Origin: the human T2T-CHM13v2.0 reference genome, Homo sapiens
Length of the DNA stretch: 64,000 nucleotides
Reading direction: 5' to 3' (one strand)
NCBI RefSeq assembly: GCF_009914755.1
Contig: NC_060925.1
The position numbers and the translations under genes are program-made. Positions 44,201 to 60,149 of this stretch are shown here, one piece after another. The notes below the pieces were generated by a model that was given only the letters and a program-made list of their open reading frames with translations, ran no database searches and was not told where the DNA came from. Every line of letters starts with the position of its first letter. Within the stretch, counting starts at the first letter, position 1.

Positions 44201-45613
44201 CAGAAACTAGCTTGCTAAAGTTCATACTATTCTTTTAAATAAGTGAACACCATTCTCTGATCCTGATTATGTCATTACTAGTGGGCAACTATTGTTTTTT
44301 AATTCATCTGAGTGATAAATGTGAAATAGTACAAGCAGACTATCGCCAGTTCTGAATCAGCTGAGTCCTAATTTATGAGGTATAAATAAATGTATTTTGA
44401 GCTTCTCCTGGGAATGAGAGCCTATCTATAATGTTTCAATCCTGAAACCAGGTTTTATAGAAGAGAGACTGGCATTAATCATCACCTAAAATCCTTCCAA
44501 CTCATCATTGACAGGTGTAGTTAGTGATACCCATGGCTTTTACACAATGTTGTTTAACCAGGACCAAATAGAATTCTAGGAACTGATTGTCCATGACAGG
44601 AAATCCTACCTAAACAAAAGGCATTCTAAGCTCACACAGAAAAATGAGCAGGCCTGAACTTGAGGGAACACAAGAATGACAACAATTGCTACATTTAAAC
44701 CAAGTGAGGGGGGTAAAGAGAAACTGCTGTCAGCATTTAGGGAGCCCACCATCCTGGTTGAAGCAGACAGGGCTTGATTCCTGAGAGATCTGCAATGTGC
44801 TTCCTTCTTTAGATAAATGTGGAGAGAATTCTGCATTCATATGCAACTGGAATTCAGAGAATTCTGAATTCATATTCGACTGGAAATATGGTGGTTCCTA
44901 CCGCGATGTGCTTTTCTAAAACTCCCAAATGGGTGTTCACTAAGTAAACATGCATTTCAAAGAGAACTTAGGTAATTCCCTTAGCAAGAGAAACCAGAAA
45001 TTCTGACTGGGGCTCCACAATATGTTTATGAAAATAATCTATGTTTCCGGAAATTTTGGGACACCAGCGGTAAAGAAAGAAATAAGACTGAGAAGTCCTT
45101 GAAAATGACAAACTAAAAAGAAGAGAGATCTGGAACAATAATAAAACTGCACATAGATGAGGGAAAGTTTCAAGATCTTTTAAGATACCAGTTAACTAAT
45201 TGGGAATCCCTGTTCTGTAATTCTCTAGCCACACCTCCCCCAATAAAACAAATTCATTTCAGCAAGACTGAACCATCAATTTCTTATTTATGTAAGAGGA
45301 TATAGAAAATTAGGGTGTCAATATTTTAAAATTTATGCATAATTTAAAATTATACATTTTTTAAAAGGCTCTGGGTGGTTGTAAAAATTTAAATTCCCTC
45401 TCAAAAGATCTTTTTGGAAATTATTAAAAAGACTATGCTCTGAAAAAAATGTTTGTCAACACCTGGCATGATTTCAAAGAGTGATCCTGCACAGAAAAGT
45501 ACCAACCAGCTGATATCCACAGAAACACTTCACTGTCAATCATTGAGGATGAGGATCCACCATAACTGTGAGGTATTCCTGTTGGTCACTTATTTACAAT
45601 TTCTTCAAGCAAC

Positions 45614-45973
45614 TGTCATACTCAGGTCAGGTTGCCATAACAAGAATACCATAGACTGGGTGGCTGACACAACAGAAATTTATGTCTCACAGTTTTGAAG
45701 GCTGGAAATCCAAGATCAAGGTGTTGCCATATCTGGTGTGTGGTGAGGGGCCCCTTCCTAGCTGGCCAATGACTGCATTCTCGCTGTGTCTTCACGTGGT
45801 GGAGAGCACAGGGAGTGAGAACAAGGTCTTGTGTCTCTTCTTATAGGGGCACTAATCCCAACCAGGAGGGCTTCACACTCATGATCAATTTACCTCCCAA
45901 AGACCCTACTTCTTAATATCATCTCATTTTAACACATGAGTTTTGGGGAGGCACAAATGTTCAGTCCATAGCA
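45614..45973 (-). mobile_element. MLT1A-type LTR
   Basis: GCCATAACAAGAATACCATAGACTGGGTGGC...CCAAGATCAAGGTG...TTCAGTCCATAGCA. Confidence 0.9.
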
Positions 45974-46035
45974 AGGATATTTGTCAACTTCTCCCGTAGG
46001 CCAAGACCCCAGTTATTCTTAAACTACCACTAGAA

Positions 46036-46036
<1 letters not shown>

Positions 46037-46076
<40 letters not shown>

Positions 46077-46182
46077 TGTGTATCTATATATACATATTGT
46101 ATATATATGTGTATATATGTGTGTGTGTGTATACACTATATATATTGTGTATATATACAGTGTACATATATACACACACACA
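46037..46182. repeat. (CA)n followed by mixed (TG)/(TA) microsatellite
   Basis: About 17 CA units, then TG/TA dinucleotide mosaic. Confidence 0.97.
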
Positions 46183-46200
46183 TTGCTTTTCTAAGACTAC

Positions 46201-46544
46201 TGTCTTAGTCCATTTGGGCTGCTATAACAAAGTATCTGAAACCGGATAATTTATAAGCAACAGGAACTTATTTCTCATAGTCCTGGATGGTGGGAAGTCC
46301 GAGATCAAGGTGCCAGCAGATTCAGTGTCTGTTGAGGGTATGATCTCTACTTCATAGATGTCACCTCTTTCTGTATTCTCTGACAGAGTCCCCCAAACCC
46401 TTTTATAAGAAAATTAATGCCATTCATAAGGGTAGGGCCTTCATGATCTACTCACCACCTAAAGGCCCTACTTCTTAATATTATCATATTGGGGATCAAG
46501 TTTCAACATAAATTTTGGAGGGACATAAACATTTAAACCATAGA
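46201..46544 (-). mobile_element. MST/MLT1A-type LTR
   Basis: TGTCTTAGTCCATTTGGGCTGCTATAACAAA...GATCAAGGTGCCAGCAGATTCAGTGTCTG...AAACCATAG. Confidence 0.88.
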
Positions 46545-48483
46545 AATCACTGTCTCCTAACAGACACTTAGGAATACTTTCCAAAAAACTTAAACCAACC
46601 TAGATTGTGCCAAAATTAACCAGTCAATGAAATAAAAATTTGAAAAAATTTGCAACACTGTGCCCAAAATGTTTTTATCTAATTTAAGGGGAAACAATAC
46701 ATTTCCCTTTGGGGAATTAAATTCTGTCCAAAGTGTGAGTAAAACATCAAGTTTTAATTCAGAAGGCCAATGGTAAGGAGATTCTTTCTCCACCTTCTCT
46801 TTTCTCACCTCTCATTCTCCTACCCTCCTTGCAAGCACACACAAAGGAAAAAAAATGTGGTCTACATTGCCTCATAGATAAGGAACCAGAGGCACAGAGA
46901 ACTGAAATGCTTCACTGTATTTCATGCAGAAAGTGTTTGCTAGAATTAGAATTCACTTTTCACTCTACAAGACCAAACACGACATAGACTATATAGTTCC
47001 TTTATTGTCATTGAAGATTTAAAATCTATAACACAATGCAGGTAGAATGATGTAAATTATGTAAAGATACTCATATAGTATAAAGGTATTATAATATAGT
47101 ATGTAGACACTATGAATTCCAACCTCCTAAAAACTTAGCTCTCCTGAAAACCTCAGAGTAAAGAAAAGTCTATTGACTATGTAATGAGACTATCTCTGAT
47201 AATTCTTATATATAGTATTCTGGATTGGCAAGAAGTTTATTTCTTTTTTTATTTCATCACATTCATTTAGATTTATGGAAGCTGGAAAGATTTCCCTTCT
47301 CTTATGGAAATGGAATTAATTGCAGCACTTCAATAATCTCAGTGAAACCCATTTCCCCTGGGGAAATGAGGAAAGAGACCTAGACTTAATGTAGATAAAA
47401 CAAATTGACATGGGACGTGAATGGGAGAGAAATGAGAAAACCATTCTAGACTAAAGGTCTTACACATTTCAGGAACGAGAAGTAATAGAGGGATTTTTAT
47501 TGGCAGAACTTATTGAATCTCATAATTTATAATGTTTAAAGCTACTGGTGACCTTTTCAAAAGCAATTAATTCGGTTACATATTTATTGGGAGCTACATC
47601 AAGCTTTCAGGAGTCATGCACGCATACCAAGGTCTTTAAAGGAACAGAATTAAGTAGATAAAAGGAGGAAATCATAAAATGTAACATCCTTTCCCAGGTG
47701 GCCACAGCTTGTTCTTATTCTATGCTTCTATTAGTAAAGACCAAGGTCACACAAGTCAGACCACTTAGAGTCCTAACAAGGAACAGACACCCTTGCAGGT
47801 TCTAATTGAACTGATTTGGGCTAGAAACTCTGTGAACATCACTGAAGCCTGAATTTTAACAAGCAAAAATTCAGGAGGGAAAAACTATTCAGATGGTCTT
47901 CTACGGGAGGCAAAATACAAGGAAACTTTTCTACGCCAACGAACTTTGCCTAGCAACGTGATAATTCACAGAGTATTATCCTGCAGGCTTCAAAGACAAC
48001 AGACAATCAGCCTAAAAGTTACACCTTTGCTTTTAAATTTCTTCATATAACTAGGAATACTGGTGTAACAATGTCAATTACAGCAGGGGGCCATACTTCA
48101 CAAGCAGGAAAATTGTAGAGAGATACAGGTATGCGCCCCAGTTCCTGCCCCTCCCTTTCCCACAATGGAAAGACCACCTTTCACTTCTTCGCTCACTCCC
48201 CATACTTCCAGTTAATAGCATCAATTTCAAATACTACTACAACTTTCTCATGTTCCAAAAAATTGACAAGCACATGAACATCCGTTCAATTTTCTCTGGC
48301 AAATATTTATCAAGCAGCAAATAATGTGGCACTATACTAGCCGTGGTATTGATTAGGCATTATCCTATCTTCAAGAAGTTCACTAGTTAATGGACCTTTG
48401 GGTGTGGCATATAAAGGTATGATAAGTATAAGGGCCAAAAAGACACCACAAAGAACAAAATTAGGAACAAATTATGTATTACT

Positions 48484-48796
<313 letters not shown>

Positions 48797-49659
48797 TAAT
48801 TAAAATACCAATCTAACAGCAACAACAATATGTTTTGATGCTCAAGAACATGTCCAGGACAAAGCCTGCAGGACACAAGGTCCCTGTGCCACCTGCATCT
48901 GTCACTGCATCATTGGTTCTCATGACATGTTCCAGCCTCAACTGATGCCACTATACTTAATTGGCACAGTTTAAAATTATAAAATATTAGTAGTAAAAGG
49001 GACCTTAGTGACCATCTAGGCTTATTTCTTCATTTCAGAATCTAGCCTAGAGATTAAAATGTTGGTTTTTATCCCCATAATTAATTTGTTGAATCGTCAA
49101 GACCAGAATGAATGAAAGTCATTTACCTTCCAGTCCTATATTCTTTAGCTACACCACACTGTCTGCCATCCATATGGAATTTGTCCTATACCCACCCAAA
49201 TTCTTACTGCTTCGTCTCAGAAAGTCTTGCCTTCACCATGGAACTCTTCTAACCACTGTCTCTATTGATCTCACTCTTCTTTGAGCTCCTACAACACTCA
49301 CAGGCTAAGCCACAATTGTCCTATCAATTACTTTATTGCTTCTCGTAGGGAACTCTCCCAAGTACACAGTAGGTCACTTGAAGATAGAGACTGATCCTCA
49401 ATAGTATTCTTGTGATCCTAGCTTCTGTCGGGCACAGTCAAGGCAGCCCTAAATACCTGCTCAGTGGCTGAATCATCATTTAATGTAACCTCACCTCCAT
49501 TTACTATATTGGGTATATCAAATACTTGCTATTACATGAAAAAGCCATACCTGTCTTCAAACTGGCACACCTGCTTTACACAGGGCAGCCAATTTGTGCT
49601 TTAAAATTCTAAATAAATTTAGCTCAGGTGAAGATAAGGAAAAAGAGTAAGGTGTGATT

Positions 49660-49850
49660 CAGTTGCTTTTTTTCACATATTTGTTTCTCAGTTTTTGTGT
49701 GTAGACCTTGGATAAGGCATTTACCTTCACTGAATCTTGAACTCACCTTTACTATAAGGGTAATATTATCTACTTTACAAGTACACATGCTTATTGTGAA
49801 GATTAAAGAAAATTGTGAATGGCAAGAGCATATCACACTAATGCCCATGT
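49660..49850 (+). mobile_element. MIR
   Basis: GACCTTGGATAAG.CATTTA...TTGTGAAGATTAAA. Confidence 0.65.
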
Positions 49851-49991
49851 TTTCCATCCTACTGCTCTAGCCTCTAAAACCCAAATCCATCCTTTGTCTC
49901 ATTCTGCTAAATCCTGGGAAGGTGCTAGCAGATATCTAAGGAGTTGGTTAAAACAGACTTAAGGTGAGACTCCTCCCTAAGACAGTTTTTT

Positions 49992-50236
49992 CATGGACAC
50001 AGGAAGAGGAACATCACACTCTGGGGACTGTTGTGGGGTGGGGGGAGGGGGAAGGGATAGCATTGGGAGATATACCTAATGCTAGATGACGAGTTAGTGG
50101 GTGCAGCACACCAGCATGGCACATGTATACGTATGTAACTAACCTGCACAATGTGCACATGTACCCTAAAACTTAAAGTATAATAATTAAAAAAAAATTA
50201 AAACAAAACAAAACAAACAAAAAAAAACAAACAAAA
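49992..50236 (+). mobile_element. Young L1 (L1PA2-like) 3' UTR, ~200 bp plus A-rich tail
   Basis: GCATTGGGAG, GCTAGATGACGAGTTAGTGG, CACAATGTG diagnostics; GAG rather than the Ta-type ACA. Confidence 0.93.
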
Positions 50237-50454
50237 GGCAGTGTTTTTAACAAAAGGCTTCTTCGAACCTCAAAGGATTGCTGTTCTCACAGATTAGGAC
50301 AGGCACTGGGGAAGAGGGCCCTGCTGGTGCCTCAAGTCATCCCCAGAAGCAGTAGCCTCGGAGTGTCTTGGTAAGTGGATGCGGCTGGGAACAGAAGTGC
50401 ATGCAGCTGGGACTAGAAGCCCTGTGCTCTAGTTTCAGCTCTTGCTACATTTTA

Positions 50455-50802
<348 letters not shown>

Positions 50803-51931
50803 CTACTATCATATTCTACCCCTTCATACCAAGAAGACAGATGCTAAATAAGGATCAGGAGCCATAATGTTAATTTTAACCAAAAAACCCATATATATTC
50901 ATCTGGTGATACTAGAGCTGAAGAAAACCATGATGATTAGTAAAGCAAGAAATAAAAAATGTATTTCCCCGGATTTTTTATGGTTGGTTGTAGATAGAAA
51001 AATGGGGGAAATTTGCTGATTGAGATTAAAATAATAATAAATATGTATTACATATATACTTTGTGAGTGGCCCAGGAAAAACAGATTTTTTGTTTGTTCA
51101 TTTTTTAAGAACAGGTAGAAAAAAGGATTTTTTTAAGTGAAATGAAATTTTTATCAACAGGAAGACACAACTCATATGTATGTCCTCAAAGTCTCAATTT
51201 CAGACCCTCACATGAAAGGCTGGGACTGTTCCACCCTACCCCATTCCCCATTCCCCCTTGCAAGGTCTTGGCGATTCACAGTGTGCCAGGCAAGGAAGAG
51301 AAGAAGGCCTCTCTGTATGGGTCCCAAATACTGCAGAGGCTACAGAAGAGATCCATGTCTCTACAGCTAATACGCCATTGTTGCAGTTCTTAAAATAGGT
51401 AGGGTCCCATTTCAGCTGGTGGGGACCAAGGCATTCTGTGACACTTGGATGAGAATTGCAAAGTATCTCACTGTCAATCAAGTAAAGGAATATTTCATCT
51501 TCATAGCATCATATCCAAGGCAGCAACAGCTTTCAAGAAAAAAGATGCCAGAAGTTCATGGGCACTATCAACAATCTCAATAAGCCTCATGAGAAAGTTG
51601 TTTCACCTGTCCTTAATGCACAGTTATGTGGGAAGAGAGATTTGTTTGTGAGCTTTGAAGCAAAATGGAAAATTAGCTTAACCTCTGCATCAATAGTTCA
51701 GAATTGTGGCCACATCTCACATTGTTACTATTGTTCGTAGCAACATAATTATAAAATCGCAGAGTTTAAAATTTTGTGAAGACTCCCTAAGTGTTTATTT
51801 CCCAATTTCTAAACAGAGATACTGCACTTCTTCAAAAGAGTCATGGTTACGGGTAGTCTCTGCTTTTGGTGTTTCTACCTGCATTTCACTAAGAAAATAT
51901 CACAATACCTCATCTATTTAAAATATTATCA

Positions 51932-52433
<502 letters not shown>

Positions 52434-52729
52434 TTATAATGGGCACACTTCCTACAACTCCATCAATCTGCTTTCAGCCAACAGCCCTGTCTCTGGGGAA
52501 CATGTAGTGCCCGGTTAGGAACTTATATTTTGAACTGCAGTCGCTCCAAAGGGTACAACTATAGCATGGTGGATAAAACCAACAGGGCTCGTCTCTGGAG
52601 CTTCTCTGGCTTATTTTGGCAACAGGTGGACCTGTGTGGAAACCAGTACTTATTGCATTCATTATTCAGCAGGCATTTATTTACAGGGTGCCTGGCATAT
52701 GCAAAGTACTAAGGTTATAGCAGATAATA

Positions 52730-52877
52730 AATGATAAATGTATGAGGTGACAGACATGCTAAGTACCCTGACTTGATCATTATACACAATTTATATGCAT
52801 GAAAACATCAAATTGGATCCCATAAATATGTACAATTACAATGTGTCAACTTTAAAAATAATCAAATTTTTAAAAAA
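52730..52877 (+). mobile_element. L1MA 3' terminus
   Basis: TACCCTGACTTGATCATTATACA...CCCATAAATATGTACAATTA. Confidence 0.85.
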
Positions 52878-53293
52878 GAGTCCAAAATGCCGGCCTCATG
52901 AACCTTACATTTACCAAATTGTTGCATATCCTGACATTGCAAACTCTGGGGACCAGAAAGAGGGAACCAGGCCTGGGTGCTCTTATATCCCTGGAAACAC
53001 AGCAGGAACTACTCAGAAGTCACAGAACTTCATGCCAGTGATTATTCAAATAAATGGCGCCTCTGTGGTTTTAAATAGAAGGTAGGGAAATCACTGTCAT
53101 TTCCAAATTATAAGAAATAATTGATAATCCAGAAGTTGTTCATGTTGCTTAATAGTAACCACCGTGCACCACCCTGACTTACTAGAGCTCTTAAAACCTC
53201 ATCCAGTATATAGCACTATTCACTGAGCAATTAATATTCTAACTTATGTTTGAGTATTTTTTAAATTTCCAAATAATTTGAACAAATTTCTCA

Positions 53294-53667
<374 letters not shown>

Positions 53668-53948
53668 TCAAGAACACTCTTTCTGCTCATAACTAGCTAT
53701 GTGACTGGGCTCAGGGCATTCAATAACCTCAGCTTCCTCAGCTATGAAATGAATGTATTCAGGTGAATAATTATGAAGTCTCCAGTAAGCTACATGATCT
53801 TTTAATGCTAAATAGATCAGTGCAGTTGGTGTGGATTGACTCTGCCCCATGATGCAGTAAGAGATAGAAGGCTAAATGCAGTGGTTGGAGCAGAAAAGGA
53901 AGAGACAGACATAAACACACCAACAGGTCAGGAGATAGAGGGAGGACC

Positions 53949-54440
53949 TGTGGTATGAAGGCCTAAAATGAAGCCTCAATATGATATGTGCCTTGACATC
54001 TTGGAAAAAACAGGAGATCCTCCAGCGGCCTAACTGCAAGTTTCCCCCTCCATGGGGCTCCCATAGATCCTGGAGCCAAACAACCCTCCTTATTAAGAAG
54101 TGCAGGCCCAGTTTCTGCTTTTCTCTGAGTGGCGGCCTTCAGTTCCCTTCCAGCCCATGGAGTTATTCAAATAAGCCAGTCACATTCTCCCATGGAACCA
54201 GGGTTCAACCTCTTGTTACTACAAAGCCTACCTCCCACATCCCCTGATTGTTCACCGTGTTCCCAAGTGCAGCCTTTGTGTGGCTGTTCCTGCAGTGGCC
54301 TCCTCCTGTAGGCTGTGAATGTATGTGATTAATAAACTGCTGTCAATGTTATCTGTCCAGCGGCAGGTGCCATTTACTCGGCCATCTCCATAATCCCTCC
54401 CTCCTTCAACCAATGGGATGCAGAGAAGGCAATCAAAACA
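53949..54440 (+). mobile_element. ERV solo LTR (ERVL class, MER73/74/88-like; subfamily uncertain)
   Basis: TG...CA ends, GCCTTGACATC...GGCCTAACTGCAAGTT...AGCCAAACAACCCTCCTTAT, AATAAA at ~54331. Confidence 0.65.
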
Positions 54441-54853
54441 AACTTGTTCATGGGTCAACTTGACACACGCAGTTGATTCTGAGTATATAGAAAATAATAA
54501 GGTAAATGGCCTCCAAGTGAGTGCAAGGCAACAGAGAGACCAAGAAGATACAGAGGAAGGTTTTTCTGTAGGCAGGTGGAGGACAGCCACAGGAGGTGTA
54601 GGTAGCCAGAGGCAGTCTTATGAGATCCACATCTAACCACAGGATGCAGCCTCCAGGCAAGACGGCTGGGGCTGGGGACAGGGCTCCAAAGTTTACATAG
54701 GTCAGACAAGCAAACTAAAGGAAGGAGTTGGACCAATTATCCAGACAAAGACTGAGCCACAGAGGGCAGATACAAATGAGTCAATAGATGCTCAATCTAA
54801 GGAAAAAAACAGAACTTTGATTACTCAGATTGAATCATGGGATAAAATATTAG

Positions 54854-55251
<398 letters not shown>

Positions 55252-56449
55252 TAGAGCTGATCTGTCCAGGAAGTTTTAGAAGAGCTCAAGGGGAATTGTG
55301 AGTCACAAAAAAATCAGAACGAGGGCCACTTGCCATTTTCATCTCATTTTAATCATGTTATTTTTCCAAGGATTAACACCAAATTTTCAAGACTGTTATT
55401 CACCTATTTTTAAAACTATTTTGCAGCTTCTATGTGTAGCTCTGGCATCATGCCAGGTTTTTGTGATTTTCAAAATAATTGGGTGCCTCATTAAATCTGT
55501 TAGCTAACCCCCCTAAGATCATGGAGTTCGGTATTGCCAAGATCACACACTTATTCCATTCTTTAATTTTTGAAAGTGGCTTTTATCAGGATTATCTTGG
55601 TTCCATAATTGGCTAAATCTCTCCATTCTATTTCCTTTAATTTAAAATCTCTATCCAGTTCTTAGTCTCTATAGAACACATTCACTGCTTGAGCTTTTCC
55701 ATTTGGGGCCAGGCCTATTCCACTTGTATTACCTTTCCTCAATGTATTTTATAAAGATTTCTGGGAGGTCTTCCGTAGTCTTCCACACTTTGTAGGACTA
55801 AGATCCATATTTGAAATATTCATTCATTCAACTAACATTTACTTGTGGCACACCTAAAACTTGCTAAGCATTGGATAGAAACTTCAGGAACCTAGTGAAG
55901 AATGCAGTTTTATTTTACAGAGTGTAAATTTTCCTTTTGGATACAAAAATGTGACAAAAAAATCAAGGCAAATTCTTTTTCTTCCTTTCCCTAAAACCTC
56001 CTCGGATTCTGGATCTAGGATTGTACTTACAAGACCAATCCTATAATTCAGACATTTGGCCTCTGTATGTACCGTGATTAAGCAAGTAAAGTCTGGGTCT
56101 GCCCGAGTTAAAACCAGTGCTTTACTAGTCCTACAAATCCGGAAATCATTCAGATTCATTTTTCTTTCCTGGAGACCTCTGCCTTCTAACCACAGGTGGT
56201 CTGTACCTGTCCTCAGATGTGCCGTGAGATTGGGTGTCTTACTTCAGGATCCTAGCTCCGTCTCTCTCAGTTTCTCCCACTTCCCAGCGTCTTCCTCAAA
56301 AAAGGATGCATACAAGGTAGATTTAGGTGCTCCTGGCTGCCTGAGATGTCTTTGTTCCTTCCTCACCTTGCATGGAGGGGTCTGAGTAAGTGTAGAATCC
56401 TACTTTAGATGACTGCACCTGATTACTCCTTTGCTCTTCAGGACTCCGA

Positions 56450-58085
56450 AGGGACTACTCCGTTGCCTTCTAGGGTACCAGGATGCTGCAGAGAAGCTGG
56501 AGCCCATTCCTATTTCCAGTGCTTTGTTTGGACTTATTTTTTCTCTTCGATGTTCTAAAAATTCACAATAATTTGCCTTTTTTTCTCTCTCTTTCAATTT
56601 TTGGGGCTGGCTACTTGGCAGACCTTTCCCTCTGGAAGTGCATATTCTTTGGTTTGAGGAATTATTCTTGCATTGTTTCCACTGATTTCTCCCCCTTATT
56701 ATCTCTCTCTATACGTAGAACTTCCAGTGATCACATGCTAGAGCCCCCCATTTTCACATCTTTTCTCTACTCTCATCAATTTCTTTGCCTTTTATTTTAC
56801 TCTCCAGGCAATTTCAACTTTATTGTTAAATTCTTCTATGTATTTTTTTAGCACACATATTTTTAATTTCACATAGCACTATCCTGTCCTCTGATTTCTC
56901 TCTTTAGCATAGAATCAATGGAATCTTCCGTTATCTCTCCAAGGATATTAACTACGAGGTTTTTGAAGCATTCTTTTTTTCTATACTTTTTAATTTCCCT
57001 GTTTACACTTCTGAAAATTTAACTTCAGTTGGTTTATTTTAGAATATGCCTTTCCTTTTAGAGGTTGTTCTAAAATGTCTGATTCTAGAATGTTTCTAAA
57101 ACATTTGTATTTCTTGTCATTCGTGTTTAAAACAAAGCCATTAAAAAGCTGACCGGACCGTTGAGCACACTAGGGGTCTTGCTAGCTGGTGGACCTTAAG
57201 GTTGGATGACTGGGCAGTGAGAGCTTTTTTATTGGGACACACCCAAAGTCACTGTCTAGAGGACTTTTCTGCTTTCTGGTGGAAAAGAACTGCCCAAGCC
57301 CACCTGCCATTCAGCATTCTGGGAGCAGAGCCAGGAAGAGAGCTGAGGCTTCCATAATTCAGTGCGTAGACTTCAGCTTCCTCTCCTGCATTCAGCCCTG
57401 TCTGTCTCTTCACCCTAGAACAGGGTTTCTCAACCTCGGCACTATTGGCATCCTGGGCTCTAGCCCTGTGGGAGACTGTTCGGTGCATCGTAGGACGTTT
57501 AGCAGATCTCTGGCCTCTACCCACTACACGCCAGGAGCACCCCCCAAGTTGTGCCAATGAAAAATGTCTCTAGATATGGGCCAATGTTCCCTGGGGTGGG
57601 CTACTGCCCTGCAGGGTGCTTGGGCTCCCTGAGGTCTGAGTTCTTCCAACTGTTTCTCCAGTTACAAAGTTCTAAACTCTTCTAGAAGCAAAGGGTAGGT
57701 GTGGTTTCCTGAAGCTAGGAGATACGAGAGGGAAAGTGGGGATGTAAATGCCACATGTGAAGATTTTCTTGCAATTTTGCCTCGTGTTATCCTTGCTCTC
57801 TGTGGTATCTAGAGCCCCCAGTCATGTGTCATTATGGGACTCTAACAGTTGCTGCTCAATGATACCTGCAGACACTGAGTTCAGCTTTGTCCCTCCGCTG
57901 GATCAGTCTCCACTCCTCCAACCCCTACATATTCCAAAAATGTGTGGACACCTCTAGCCCACTCCTGACTCCTCACCTCTTCACTATTGACCTTGTCTTT
58001 TCTGTCTTTTACTGGCATTTACATGGACTTGTGGAAGGGGGCAGAGAGAAGCCACATGCCCAATGCCCCATGTTTAACTAGAAAC
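56450..58085 (-). mobile_element. Very old L1 5' region (L1ME/HAL1-like), degenerate
   Basis: T-rich antisense L1-like tracts (GATGCTGCAGAGAAG...CCATTCC.ATT, TTCTAAAATTCACAAT). Confidence 0.45.
57421..57600. mobile_element. MER20 (hAT-Charlie)
   Basis: CAGGGTTTCTCAACCTCGGCACTATTG...GGCCTCTACCCACTA...AAAAATGTCTC. Confidence 0.88.
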
Positions 58086-58423
58086 CTGTACTGTTACTTT
58101 ACAAATGTGATTCCTCATTTATTGGTTTAGTACGTGCATAATGAATTTCTTCAGTAGTTATTCTAGAGATTCTGATTAATTATACAGAGTGATATTGATC
58201 ACTTATATCATTTTTTCTTTTCCCAACTCAGATCAACTATCTCATGCTCCCAGATTAGTTTTAACAGTTTAAGAAGTATGGAAGAGTTGACAGACTCGTG
58301 GGTCTCTTTTTAAAAAAATCTCTTTTGTAACCAGCCTAGACGCCTTGGCTGAACACGATAGGAGGGCTGTGGAGGTGGCATAAGCTCTAGTCCAAGGCTC
58401 CCTTTTGTGGAAACGTGGGTAGA

Positions 58424-58436
58424 CGCCTCCTGGCGG
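58424..58436 (-). promoter_or_regulatory. Candidate CTCF site
   Basis: Minus strand CCGCCAGGAGGCG, close to the CTCF core CCRCYAGRKGGCR. Confidence 0.4.
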
Positions 58437-59873
58437 ATGCCTACAGCAATACCTGGAGCATGCCAGCAAGTAAAAATAAACCTGGAAGAGCACTGGGTTC
58501 AAGCCCACGTTCCGTCCATCCCAGAGGGCCCTCGAGCAAGGCCTCCTGCCCAATCACATGTTTTTATCATAATAGATTCTTCCAGGTGGTAAGAGCAGTA
58601 ATACAATCATCACACAGTTTGCCAAAGCATTTTCCAAGAATAATTGCCAGAAGTGTGCATTCAGCTTGTGTGTCCATATGCTCCTGGTAAGATTTAGAAA
58701 GCAGGGAAAAGGGATGAGAAAAGATTAAGTCAGGAAAATTGAAAAAGAAGGAGACAAATTGAAAAGGGAAGAAATCGAAAAAGAAAGAAAGGTGATTCCA
58801 CTGATGAGTGGGCGATCTGCTACTCTTTGAACCATAAATACATTTCCTCTAACTAAATGCATCATAGGTATTCTCAATTCGATGTATTGGTTTTCCACAA
58901 CCTAATCTATGAATTTTCAAGTGTAATTGTACACTGCTGTCTGAACAACACAAGAGCAAGTCCTTCAGCATTGTACATAGTGTAGCCATTTAGGACTGTG
59001 CACTCAAAATTGGTTGGCAAACATAGGGCATTATGAGGCTGAAATAACTGTAGCTCACTCTTCCTGAACCTCATTACTTTTGGCAGTGCCTCTACTGGTA
59101 AGTGAAATGAGTTGGATAGCACAGGAGCAGATATATGTTTTTAAGAATAAACTCAGGGACCTTGAGTATCACAAAATCTTAGTTAATCCACCTCTTTTCC
59201 TTTAGAACTCTGCTTAAGCCTCACCCCTCTGAAAGACCTGGTGCCAGCTCTGCCCGCCTCCACTGGCTCCATTTATCAATGCTGGCCCCTGCATCCCTGA
59301 TCCTCTCACTAATCCTAAGCTTAGAGTGGCTTTTCCTCTCCCATGGGGCCAATTCCTATTGAACTTCAGTTAGTCCAGGTGGAGTGGGGCTCTCGGTCTA
59401 GGATACAAGCAAGCTCATGCCCTTGGTCTGACTAACACTATATTTTAAAATTGGACCCAAGAACCAATAGAAATACATTCCTTCCATTTACCTTGGGATG
59501 CAGAAATACTCTCTTTTAATGATCTTGAGGTCATTTTGTTCCTTGCATTGCAAATCCTACAAGGATAAAACTTTTATCTTAAATCTACTTACTTAAACTT
59601 CTTTTTTTAACAAGACAAAATTTAAGCCATATTCCCATGGCTGACACAAAAACTGAAGCGGTTTTCTCCATCCTGATGTCCTTGGAAATTGTACTTGTAA
59701 TTCAGAGATCAAGTATCTGTCTTCGTTTAAAGAAAATAAGCACCAACTGGAGCTCTAGTAAGTTTTCTTTTCTCTCTCCAGGGGAGGTTGTTGCCCTATG
59801 TCATGAGAAACACAGAGGACCTGACATGTAGAATGACTATGAAGCAGTGTTCATAGAAATAAACCCCCCCCCC

Positions 59874-60149
59874 TTTTTTTTTTTCTTGAGACGGAGTCTC
59901 GCTCTGTCGCCCAGGCTGGAGTCCAGTTGGCGCCATCTTGGTTCACTGCAAGTTCCGCCTCCCGGGTTCACACCATTCTCCTGCCTCAGCCTCCCCAGTA
60001 GCTGGGGCTACAGGAGCCCACCACCACGCCCCGCTAATTTTTTGTATTTTTAGTAGAGATGGGGTTTCACCGTGTTAGCCAGGATGGTCTCAATCTCCTG
60101 ACCTCGTGATCCGCCCGTCTCAGCCTCCCAAAGTGCTGGGATTCCAGGT
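59874..60149 (-). mobile_element. AluY, slightly 5'-truncated
   Basis: GCAAG.TCCGCC, CACCGTGTTAGCCAGGATGG diagnostics. Confidence 0.93.

Noticed and set aside
43484-46544. Three same-orientation MaLR LTRs as one provirus
   Set aside because: No shared outer TSD, and the intervening DNA contains a MIR-like piece and microsatellites rather than MaLR internal sequence; independent solo LTRs are more likely.
49992-50236. Active or polymorphic L1HS-Ta insertion
   Set aside because: Has GAG rather than the ACA diagnostic, and an imperfect TSD (AAGACAGT / AAGGCAGT); better explained as an L1PA2-like fragment.
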